Shown here: positions 38,169 to 49,800 of the stretch, piece by piece
Numbering within the stretch: position 1 is the first letter of the stretch
Layout of the letters: every line of letters begins with the position of its first letter
NCBI RefSeq assembly: GCF_039654945.1
Contig: NW_027361883.1
Span: forward strand, 372,001 to 436,000
Direction: 5' to 3'
Origin: Dendrobates tinctorius
Lineage: Eukaryota
Length of the DNA: 64,000 bases
Translations under genes and position numbers: made by a program
Notes under the pieces: model-generated
Database searches by the model: none
Seen by the model: only the letters and a program-made list of their open reading frames with translations
Told to the model about the DNA's origin: nothing

Positions 38169-40415
38169 GGCCTGATTATGCTGTTACGGCTATAACAGTG
38201 TTATTAGTACGACAGAGGACAGAAAAGGTACCCGAAAGTGGACCCTCTTGGTCACAGCTCCAGAGCCCCCGAGGGCGAGCACCCAGGTGAAGACCACCCC
38301 CTATACAGAGAGCGTTAGGGACAGACCCCCAGGGGATAGAACCGCGACAGCCGGAACCAAAGGGGCGACTGGGCAAATAGACGGGTAAGAAGGCACAGAA
38401 GTATCCATAGAGAAGGTACCGAGACACACAGGGACCTAGCAAGGTACCGGACTGGAGAGCCAGGGGTAACAAGGCTGGAGGCTGCAATTAGAGAAGGAGC
38501 ACAAAGAAGTATAAGGCGAGAGGGAACGAAACAACAGGGAGGTGCGGAGAGGAACTAGATGGTGGCGGAAATGGACAGAGGAGTTCACAAAGTACGGGAG
38601 GCAAGGAACCCAGAGCACAGAGGACAAGGACAGAGGCTGCGCAGGAAGGACAGCTGCGAGGTACACGGAGGTGAACACAGAGCAGACAGACTCACAGGAA
38701 AGGGGCCTGAGGACACATTGCAACACCGCACGAGGCAGAGTCACCGTATTTGATAATCAGGCGTCTTAACTGTCCCGACGCCAAGCATATGTAGCGGTGG
38801 GCGCCGCCATGTTGGGGGCGGGGCCAGCGCATCACGCTACCCAGGGGGCTGTGCGCCAGGAGTAAGGCTGTGAGCGGGTGCCTGACGCCGTGGGAGCCGG
38901 AGGCCGGGCCCGGGGATGCGCTGCAGAGCAGGAGCGAGACGGGTGGAGCGCGCCGAGAGGTGAGAGGCCGTGACAGCAGTCTGGATTAAATTTTTGATGA
39001 AGCGGCAGTAGTATACTGTAAATCCTAAGAAACTTCTGACTTCTCGGACAGTAGTAGAGGCAGGCAACTTCTGGACAATGGCGATTGTTTCAGGATCTGG
39101 AACCACTCCTTCAGCACTCATTATGCGGCCTAGATACTGCACTCTGGGATTCAACAGGTGGCACTTGGAGGGCTTAATTTTCAGGCTATAGCTGGTAAGA
39201 CTCTTGAAGACATCTGACAGGAACTCAAGGTGTTCTTCATATGTTCTGGAAAACACGATCACATCATACAGGTAAATCAGGACAGAATCAAAGTTCTTGT
39301 AACCTAGGCATATTCCATCAGCCCTTGGAAGGTTCCTGGGGCATTGCACAGCCCAAATGGCATAAAATTGAATTCATACAGGCCCACAGGTGTTGTGAAG
39401 ACCATTTTCTCTTGTTCTTCTGGGGCTACAGGTACTTGCCAATGCCCACTGGTCAGGTCCAATGTTGAGATGAATAGGCTGTGAACGATTCCTCAATGCG
39501 GGGCATAGAATAGGCATCTTTGTGGGTGACAGTATTCAACTTTCTATAGTCCACACAGAAGCGAATGTTCCCGTCTTTATTCCTCACAAGGACAAGTGGT
39601 GCCTCCGAAGGGACTGTGACTGTCTCTGATGAAATCTGTGCTTTTCACGTCCTGGATTAACTTTTTCACTGGCCTGTACATCGATGGAGTGATGGGCCGG
39701 TGTCTTTGTCGGAAGGTTGGATGTGAACTTGTGAGAATGGTGTGCTGAATGACTTCCACTTTACCAGAGTCCATGGAATTCTTTCATAACCTTGGAATAC
39801 TCGTCTGAGGTGTTCTGATCTCCCACATGAATGTCTTTCCACCGTGGGTATTCAGGAGTTTTCACAGGACTAACCTCTGTTTGAGCACCTTGTTGGCAGT
39901 TCACGACCAATTTACTCAAGATGTCCTGGAAGGACACTCTTGATAGCTTGGCGACAGCGCAGTACTTTCTCAAATTCACCTGTTGATCACTGAGATTCAG
40001 AAAACGAATAGTGACTCTCCATCCGATTACTGTAGCCAGACTCCATGCGACCAGAACGGGCACTTCACCATTCAGTGTGAACGGTTCCACCAGAACATCA
40101 TAGTTTTGACCTAGCGGTCCTATTTGTGCTTTGCACCATATCACCATTTCAGTACCTGCAGGTAGAACGATAGGACGTCTATTCACCACCCGGGCCACAC
40201 CGATGCTTCTGTCTGGGCCAGCAAACTGTTGGTGCCCATGCAGTAGGCGGCTGGTCCTCTGGATATCTTCTCCAGCATCTCTTGTAGGCAGTTTTGGAGA
40301 ATGTTCCTACCCAGGAAAACATGGGGGAATCCTTCATCCTACATGTCAGCAACAATTAGGCCCTGTCATGGGAGCTACGCTGGGCCGATTTTTACTGTAG
40401 GTTCCCCTTGCAGGG

Positions 40416-40889
40416 TGTTACAGAACCCCCCAGCACCCCGAATAGGAGATGCATGTATGATAGGTGCAATGTGAGATGCATACCCGTAATGCAGCAACCG
40501 ACCGGCTACGACCCCTGGGCAAAGGTAAACGAGATATCCCACTTCTGACCTCCCCCCACCTTTGTAAATCCCAAGGTAAATGATCGGGGGTCACGGGCCA
40601 CCTGCGGCTATTGTAATGTACGTCTGGCGTCTTAATTGGAGCCTGTTATCTACTGGCTCGACACATATTGATTGTCCTGTCCTCTGTATGTATATATATT
40701 CTGAGACCGGTGAGTAAAATGTTGTCACACTGGAAATACGTGGAGAAGCTGTGATCTTTTATATGTTTCCATGTTACAAAGCCTTTCGAGCCTGTGTCCT
40801 TCTTCCAAAAGTGAGGAAAAGCAGAGTGGACCTCCTGAAACATGGGGTGGTAATGTAAGAGATATTACAGCACAGAAGACCACGTTACA
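40416..40889. mobile_element. Solo LTR (474 bp) with 5-bp TSD CAGGG in the host Gypsy protease
   Basis: TGTTACA...GTTACA termini; CAGGG at 40411-40415 and 40890-40894. The protease reads NGQAVPL | QGEPTVKIG across it. Confidence 0.85.
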
Positions 40890-43729
40890 CAGGGGTACAG
40901 CTTGTCCATTGTTGGCAATATCATTTATGGAGGCTTCTGGATGGTATAGTTACTGGTCAGGATTCCAGTAGCGTTCGTGGTAGGAGGCTTGAATGGTGGT
41001 GACTTGTGAGCCTGTGTCGAGTAAGGATGAGAAAGAAATTCCATCAATTTCAATGGTGATTACTGGACACCTGCCAATGTATCGAGGGGCCCATTTTGGA
41101 TAGGATGGATCTAGCCGTACTTCTACCAAGGGTTGGTCCTCTCTCTTGGGGGAATTCCAGTTTAACTGTTGACACTCCCATTCAATAGGGCCACTTCTCC
41201 TGCACTTTCTGCAGATAGGCCTCCCTCAAGCGTCAATATGATCTGTGGGCTGTCTTCCTGAGCTGTCATAGCCATGGTCTCTGGAGCCATAACGCCATCT
41301 GTCTCTGTGGGACCAGGAGTCTTCAGGTTGCCGATACTGCTTTTGCTTTCAATCCTTTAGCTCCTCACACACGAGTCAGTTTCCTGGTGAGTTCTACAAC
41401 TTGCTCGAGTAGGTTGCCTGCATCATCATGAGCTTGAACTCGTGCACAATTGGTAACAGTCTCTTTGAGGCCAGTTGGTGGTGCTATTTCAGATCTAGGG
41501 CAAACATTCACTTTGTTCTTAGGCTGGTTACATGGGTTTCTGCAAGTGGGAACTTGGCTAGAACCTGCTTCTACTCCCAGGACTCTAATGGCCATCTCCT
41601 TGAAGTCTAAGAATGAACTGTCTGATTTCTGTAGGGACAATATTCTCAGTTGAGTCTTGATAGAATCTTTCCTTGCCCCCTCTACAAACTGGTTCCTTAT
41701 GGCAATATCTGCGTTCATTACATCATGAGGGTCCACCTGACATATAACAAGAAGTGTTTCTTGCAAGCTAAGAGCAAAATCTCTGAGTGACTCATGAAGT
41801 TGCTGTTTTCTGCTAAAGAACTGCATTTTTAATTCTGGGACACTTCTGGTATCAAAGGTGGCACTCAACCTCTCAAAGATTAGTTCAGCACTTCTTTTCT
41901 TAGTATGGGGCCAGGACTTCACCTCCCTTAGAGCTGCTCCACTCAATTGCCTAATTAATATTTCCACCTTCTGCTCTGAATTCTCTTAGTTCATGGGTAT
42001 CCCATTTATAGCTTGGGAGCTACGGTGCTCTAAAATAATATGGCATCGTTAGAGGCATTGCGTGGGCCATTCTGGAAGTTCCATTACCTCTGGGCTGGTC
42101 ACACTCTTTATCTTCAGACATATTATACAGTCTAATATAATCAGAGGTTGGTACAGTTTGCTTACTCTCTTCCAGAGGTGCTGTCCCTTTCATTGCAGCT
42201 ATGATCCGGTTTTCTTCTGCTGCAGGGATCACTGATTCTGCACTGCAGTCTCGTGGCTGTATCCAGATAATGGTGGTACTTGCTTTGCGCAGTTCTGTTT
42301 TGCGCCGGGTTGTCCAGGAGTCAGGACTTCCTCTTTTTTGGCGCGCTGTCCTGCAATTGGCTGACGCACAAAGAAGAAGGCAGGGCTTGCTTTTGGTGCT
42401 GCGCTTGTCCTCACTGCAGCCATATACACATTTACAGTTGAATAATCAAGGTCTGACTGCATAATGGACTGGGGTTCCTTGCGCACCTTTAATTTAGTAG
42501 GATCCTGTTCATGGACGCTAGAAGTTGTAATGCTAAGATGCACTACTATGCCATAGGTCACGCACCAAGTGATGTTCGGATGTTACCACTTCACTATGGC
42601 AGGGACAAAAATAAAAAAAATGAAGTTTGTGACACTAGGGAGCACTATATAACCTCTGCTTCCTGGTAGTGCGATGTAATGTGGTGCACTCCAAATAGTC
42701 CAGTAAACAGGAAGGCCAGAGGGGCTGTCGATAACATTTACTTGTTGCATGAATACACAGGTACATCCAGATAAACAATGGTTTAACAGAGAATCAATTA
42801 CAATGCAGCAATCACAGTTACTTTCCGGTATAGTCACGCAGATCTGAAGCGGAGGCTGTGGTTTCTCTTTTACAGGAGTTCTGGCTGTTTCCTACCTGTT
42901 CCTTCAGCTTTCCTAGGCAGCACACTCCTGCACAAAATGTCTCCTTCTCCCTCAGTGCTAAGCCCAGGACCCAGTCATGTGGTCTAACCATGTAACCAAC
43001 ATATATGGAAAGCAGGGCTGCTTTGTTAACTCCTGATAGCAGAATATAATAAGTCCATCACTCTTTACACATATCACTCTATGTACTGAATTCTCATGTA
43101 CGTTATCTGCAAACGGCTTTTGTTTTCTACAAACTCATAACTGAGGGAATGTGCGGCGTCTCAGCAGCCATCTGCTTTCCGTGTAACGTCAGTGATATTA
43201 ATGATGTGCCGTAACTCACTTAATTTCAGGAGAATATTGGCTAAATACTGGAAGGAACACAAATAAAAAAAAAAGGCTAAGGGGGCGCTCCGAAAGCTTC
43301 ATGGCAAACTTCTGTCTCCGTCACCTCGCATCGCTCCGATCGGAGCAGACAGATTTGTTTGGGGCGGTTTCCAAGCTGTGGAGGACACAAGGAATATCAG
43401 CGCTCGTGTTCCCGAGGAGGAATCATGCGATATAGAACCACCACTAAGGTATCACAAATCTGATGCCATCAGCTCTCATCAAAGGGTCGTCCCCCTTATG
43501 TCATTGCTGAAAACCGCCGTAATCCCGCAGAGCAGTTATGGAGTTATGGTGCCATGGCAGGAAGCAAATTGGTGTGTGATCTGATACATAGAGCAAAGTC
43601 CTCGAAATCGCCGGGATCGGAGCTAACTCTGCACCTGACCAGGTACCCTGAGATGCTGCAGTCAATAGGGGGCGCTCTCTGTCAACAGCTCGTGCTCTTC
43701 CGGGAAGAATTTCTACAAAATTTTGGAGG

Positions 43730-44330
43730 TGTCTGTGGGAACTTACGAGCATTTGTGGGGTCAGTCCCGGATGTTGGGGGAGGCCAGGCTCAAAATCTCC
43801 ATTATAAGTATTGGGTGGGACTGAGGTCCGGACTATGTATGGCCACTCACGTTCTTCCACCAATCTCCCTTTCCATGTCTGTATGGACCTTGTGCATTGA
43901 GCACAGTAATGGGGCTAAGAGAAGGGTCTTCCCCAATCTGTTTCCACAAAACTGAAGCTACAATTGTCAACAATGTCTTGTGCTGAAGATTAAGATTTAC
44001 TATAACTGGAACGTGAGGCCATCCCCTAATAACGAGCCCATAGCATTATCCTCCTTCACCATCTGTACAGGGGGCACAATGCAGTCAGGGGATAATGTCC
44101 TCATTGAATCACCAAACCCAGACAGAAATTAAATAGGAAAGTGTGATCCGTCACTGCACAGAGCACTCTTCCAGATCTCTGTAGTTATGGGGTCAGCAGA
44201 TCGGTGGTAAGTAACTTTTCTGCCCTCTGTCCTGCAGCACTCAGCCCCCCCCCCCCCCGGTCTGTAACATTACGGGGTCTCCACTTCATGGCTGAGTTGC
44301 TTCGGTTCCTTCTACTTCTCAATAATATCA
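43730..44330 (-). mobile_element. Decayed Tc1-like transposase remnant
   Basis: Antisense similarity to Tc1 DDE-region sequence (TGAGGTCCGGACT...GGCCA, CATTATCCTCCTTCACC, CCAAACCCAGAC, GTGATCCGTCACTGCACAG). Confidence 0.7.
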
Positions 44331-45414
44331 ATCACATGTGGTGAGGGAAGATTCAGGAGGTAGAAATGTTATGGATGGACTTGCTACCCCAGTGACTAAT
44401 ATTACAGGACCGCACTGGTGTCGGTGAACTCTGCACCACTGGCAATTCTGTCTCATGTTAGTAAAGGCAGATGGTTTGGCAGAGGGACTGGATGTTAGAC
44501 ATGGGGGGAAAAGGAGGCTGGATGTTGTACCCCGGAGGCGAGGGCTGGATATTATACACCGCAGAAAGAAGGGGCCGTATGTTATGTAGCAGTGGTGGGG
44601 GTTGGTGGTTCTAACACTCCAAGGGTTAAATGCATTTGATGTCTATGTATGTTGCAAAAGGATGATACCCACTGGGGTTGCAGTTTGCTTAGATAGGGTT
44701 AACTGTAATGGCCAGTCCTGCTTGGAAGGGGGAACTGAGAGTTAGTAGCAAGCCCAGGGAGTGACAGGGCCAGTGAGAGTGTGGAGAGCAGTGTGAAAGT
44801 AGCAGGCCTAAGTCAAAAGGCTGCTAGGAATAGCGTGAGCATAATACTCAGGGCAGTGGATTGCTGAAAATACCCTTTCTTCTGACTCCGTCTAATGGCC
44901 TGGGACAACCTCGAGATGGATGTCGGGGGCGTGGGGCGAACTCAGCTTGTGAAGCTACAGGGTAAGATGGACTCAGACTACATGGGGTGGAAGGTATTGC
45001 AATTCAAATATAGTGTTGTGAATGGGTCACCAAGGAGGCTGGCAGGAACAGGCTAAGCCACCAGAAGACCAGAGAGGTTGGTAACTAAGCGGATTGCAGA
45101 CCCCTGATCCTATCCACACAACTAGCAGTAGCCGTGGAGCGTTCTTACGATGCCCTAGACACTTCGTCACAGCTGGAGAACTAACTAAGCCTAAAGACAG
45201 AAAGGTGAAATCTAATCTGCCCACGAGCAGATCCCCAAAGGAATAGACAGCCCCCAAACATATATTGTCGGTGAGACAAGATGAGACACAAACACAGGCA
45301 GAGAACAGACTGAGCAAATGGTGGGGCCCAAGCTTTCTAGACAGGACAGGACAGAAAAGATACTGTCTGCAATCACGCACAAAACCCTGAAAAAGTCCAA
45401 CACTTCTGATATAC

Positions 45415-46630
45415 CACCTCCTCATCCCACCCTCTCTCTGTTGGAGTCCCCCAAGGCTCTGCTTTAGGACCCCTACTCTTCTCAATCTATACACTTGGTC
45501 TGGGGCAACTCATAAAGTCCCATGGATTCCACTACCTCCTTTATGCTGATGACACTCAGATCTACCTCTCTGGCCCAGACGTCACCTCTCTGCTGTCCAG
45601 AATCCCAGAGTGTCTATCAGCCATATCCTCCTTCTTCTCCTCTCGCTTCCTCAAGCTCAATGTGGACAAATCTGAACTCATCATCTTTCCTCCATCTCAC
45701 AGATCTTCCTTACCCGACCTAGCTATAACAATTAATGACATCACACTTTCCCCAGTACCGGAAGTCCGCTGCCTCGGAGTAGCCTTTGACTCTGCCCTGT
45801 CCTTCAAACCGCACATCCAAGCTCTTTCTACCTCCTGCGCCTCCAGCTCAAAAATATTTCCAGAATCCGTCCTTTCCTCAACCCTCAATCTACTAAAATG
45901 CTTGTGCATGCCCTCATCATCTCCCGTCTCGACTACTACAACATCCTTTTCTGTGGTCTCCCTGCTAACACCCTCGCACCTCTCCAGTCCATCCTTAACT
46001 CAGCTGCCTGACTAATTCATCTCTCTCCTCGCTACTCCTCCACTTCTCCCTTCTGCAAATCTCTTCACTGGCTCCCATTCCCTCAGCGTATCCAGTTCAA
46101 ATTACTAATACTGACCTACAAGGCCATCTATAACCTGTCTCCCTCATATGTCTCTGAACTAATCTCCCGATACCTTCCCTCACGTAATCTCTGGTCCTCC
46201 CAAGACCTCCTTCTCTCCTCCACACTTATTCGCTCCTCACCCAACCGCCTCCAGGACCTCTCCCGAATAACCCCTATTATCTGGAATTCTTTGCCCCAAC
46301 AAGTCCGACGATCAACCACATTTGGATCCTTCAGACGGAACCTGAAAACCCACCTCTTCAAGAAAGCCTACAGTGACCCCGCTACCTCCTTCTCTCTCAC
46401 CACTACCAGTGATATCACCTCAACCAACACCGGAACTGCTGCAACCCCCCAACCTACTGTCTCCTTCCCCACCATCCTGTAGAATGTACGCCCGAAAGGG
46501 AAGGGTCCTCTCTCCCCTCTGTATCAATCTGTCATTGTTAGTTTGTTTTCTGTAAGTGATATCTGTAATTTGTATGTAACCCCTTCTCATGTACAGCACC
46601 ATGGAATCAATGGTGCTATATAAATAATAA
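45415..46630 (+). mobile_element. 5'-truncated L2-clade LINE
   Basis: [57 protein letters not shown]; 3' end TGTACAGCACCATGGAATCAATGGTGCTATATAAATAATAATA; ATATAC at both junctions. Confidence 0.94.
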
Positions 46631-46891
46631 TATACAAAAACCTGAGGTCACACGACCTCACCCCCGCTAGATCAGCACTCTGGTATAAACTGGAAGCAAA
46701 GCAAAAAGATACTAACATAACAGGGGACTGAACAAGCTGCAACATATAAAGCAGGGCCCAGTGCTGCCCCCAGCAGGGAGTACGCTGAACCCTCGCAGCA
46801 AAGCAGAGAGCAAAAAAAGGCACAACCAGATTAGATACAAAGGATTAGCAAAAGAATCACTTACCTGAACCATGCAGATCAGGCAGGGGAT

Positions 46892-49800
46892 TGTTGTGAG
46901 TTCATTCTCTGGTCCACCAGTTGTGAGTTCTCCTTCCAGGCTCCCTCTGGTGGTAACAGGAGGTAGTGAGGCTGATTTAATCAGTAGAGATCTGCCACCT
47001 GATAAGGAGGATGACGATTGGACCTCAGGAATCTCAGACTGGATTTAAGACAGCCGACGCCCTATTCTGGCGCTGGTGATTCCTTCTGGCTTATCAGGTC
47101 TTAGCTTTAGATGACTGGAACAGAGCTGAAAACCAAGTTTTTCTGCTAATGCTCACACTTGATTTTGTTGGTCTATTCAGTTTTTTTGTGTGGTCTGCCA
47201 TCCCTGGCTGGGGCTGCGCTGAATTTCCACTCTTATTTATCTGTATTTGCCAATTTGCTTTTTGTCCCTTATTAGATTGGCCTCTTTTTGCTCTGTCTCA
47301 GAATATTTCAGACTGCTGATATAGTGGGAGAAGTCTAGTGACTTCAGGGTTAATTTTGCTATCAGAAGTGTTGGACATTATTTTTGTAGGGTTTTTTGCA
47401 GATTGCAGACAGTGTCTTTCCTTTCCTGCCCTTTCTAGTTAGTTTGGGCCCCATCGTTTGCTCAGCCTATTTTCCTGCCTGTGTTTGTGCTTTCATCTTG
47501 TTTCACCGTCAATACATGTGTGGGGGTTATCTTTCCTTTGGGGTCTGCTTTGGAGCGGTTAGTTTTCCCCTTTTCATGCTTCAGGCTTATTTAGTCCTCC
47601 GCCTGTGATGAGGCGTCTAGGATCATCGTAGGTACGCTGGACGGCTGCTGCTAGTTGTGTGGTTAGGATCAGGGGCCTGCAATCTGCATAGTTACCAACC
47701 TCTCTGGTTTTCTGTGACCTATCTTGTTTTGCCTTTTTCTCCTCGGTGACCCATTCATAACAGAATCACCAGCCATACCGCAGATTCTAGGGTACTCAAA
47801 AGCAGGAAAGAGTTGTTAAGAGGAAATAAAGGAAAAAAAAGTGTCAGAACTTTTTATTTTTTTTATACTTTTTCCTCTTTTTTTTTTCTGGGGCCGTAGG
47901 AGGATTTTTTTTTCTTTTCCTAATGGAGATTAAGCAATTGTCTGATCGTGTGGTGCAACTTGCTGCTGAAGTGCAGGGAATTTCCACCTACCTGATTCAG
48001 TCACATGCTGCTGAACCTCAGATCCCTACTCCTGATGTGTTTTCTGGGGATTGGTCTAAATTTCTGAATTTTAAGAATAATTGTAAATTATTTCTGGCCT
48101 TGAAGCCTAACTCATCGGGGAGCTCTGTGCAGCAGGTTAAAATTGTCATCTCCTTGCTGCGCGGCGATCCCCAGGATTGGGCTTTTTATGTGACACCTGA
48201 AAATCCTATTCTGACTAATGTGGATGCATTTTTTCAAGCCTTGGGGTTGTTGTATGATGAACCTAATGCTGTTGGTCAAGCTGAGGCAGTTATACTGTCA
48301 AAAATTCCGAAAGTGGGCGGTCCTTACTACATGGAATGATAGTGCATTGGCAGCTCTCTTTCGGAAAGGTTTATCAGAGACCGTAAAGGATGTTATGGTG
48401 GGATTTCCTGTTCCCTCTGGTCTGGATGATTCTATGTCATTAGCCATTCAAGTTGATCGGCATTTACGTGAACGTAAAACTACACGGGAGGCGCTGCCAC
48501 CTTTTGAACAAACGTCTGAACCTATGCAATGTGATGGGGTTTTGTCTAGGGCACAACGTCAGGAGTTTAGAAGGCGTAATAAGCTGTGTTTTTTCTGTGG
48601 AGACGCCTCTCATACTATTTCTGTCTGCCCTAAATGAAAGAAACGTTTTGCACACACATTTGCTGTGGGCAGTGTACAACCTAAGTTCCTTTTGGCAATT
48701 ACTCTGATCTGCTCCTTATCCACATTTTCCACGAAGGCTTTTGTGGATTCAGGAGCAGCGTTGAATCTGATGGATTTGGACTTTGCTAAACGTTGTGGTT
48801 TTTCCGTGACGCCTCTGCAGATGCATATTCCTTTGAGGGGTATCGATGCTACTCCTTTGGCGGAGAATAAACCTCAGTTTTGGACCCAGGTGACAATGCG
48901 AGTTGCCCCAGACCACCAAGAAAATTGTAAATTTTTGGTGCTGTATAATTTGCATGATACTATTGTTCTGGGTTTTCCTTGGTTGCAAACTCATAATCCA
49001 GTTTTGGATTGGAAATATGGGTCTGTGGTGAGTTGGGGTTGTCAGTGTGTTCTTAGGGACGCTCCTGTTTTCTCCACCTCTCCTCAGTCTCATGATATTC
49101 CTGATTATCTAGCTGATTTTTCTGATGTATTTATTGAGAGCAAGTCTGCGTCTTTGCCTCCTCATAGGAGTTATGACTGTGCAATTAAGTTGATGCCTGG
49201 GTGTAAATTTCCCAAGGGTCGGCTTTTCAACTTATCTGTACCCGAACATGATGCTATGCGATCCTATATTAAGGAGTCATTGGAGAAGGGTCATATTAGA
49301 CCATCCTCATCACCTTTAGGTGCTGGGTTTTTTTTTTGTGGCCAAGAAAGATGGTTCATTAAGACCGTGTATTGATTATCGTTCCCTTAACAAGATGACG
49401 GTTAAATATCAGTACCCGTTACCTCTGATGTCTGATTTATTCTCCAGAGTTAAGAGTGCCTGCTGGTTTACTAAGCTTGACCTCAGGGGAGCGTATAATC
49501 TTATTCGCATCAAGCACGGGGATGAATGGAAGACGGCGTTTAATACTCCGGAGGGACATTTTGAGTACCTGGTGATGACTTTTGGGCTCACTAATGCCCC
49601 TTCTGTCTTCCAGTCCTTTATGAATGATATTTTCTGTGACTTTGTGGATAAGTTTTTGATCATCTATCTGGATGATATTTTGATCTTTTCTAGTGATTGG
49701 GATTCTGTGTTCCGGATTTTGAGGGAGAATTCCCTGTTTGTTAAGGGATCGAAATGCCTCTTTGGTGTACAGAGGATTTCATTTTTGGGATTTATCTTGT

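Larger units (their letters stand above)
33181..38975 (-). mobile_element. Full-length chromovirus (Tf1/sushi-type Gypsy) with 5-bp TSD GCAGT
   Basis: 794-bp LTRs at 33181-33974 and 38182-38975 (TG...CA, roughly 95% alike by eye), PPT at ~33975-33990, TSD at 33176-33180 and 38976-38980, gag-PR-RT-RH-IN-chromodomain. Confidence 0.97.
32931..42240 (-). mobile_element. Decayed Ty3/Gypsy element (host of two nested insertions)
   Basis: gag 41365-41967 (QLSGAALREVKSW), degenerate zinc knuckle ~41200, protease LLDTGSQVTT ~41010, RT 38976-39620 (IYLYDVIVFS, EVRSFLGF), RNase H 32931-33180 (APILAYPEY...NASKKGLGAVLAQ). Removing insertion 33181-38980 restores IQTAVTLQELLRG in frame. Confidence 0.9.

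Noticed and set aside
43140-43700. Possible host exons in non-repeat gaps (also ~15100-15600, ~16400-16600, ~58890-59010)
   Set aside because: No recognisable protein similarity or convincing splice pair; small exons cannot be excluded.
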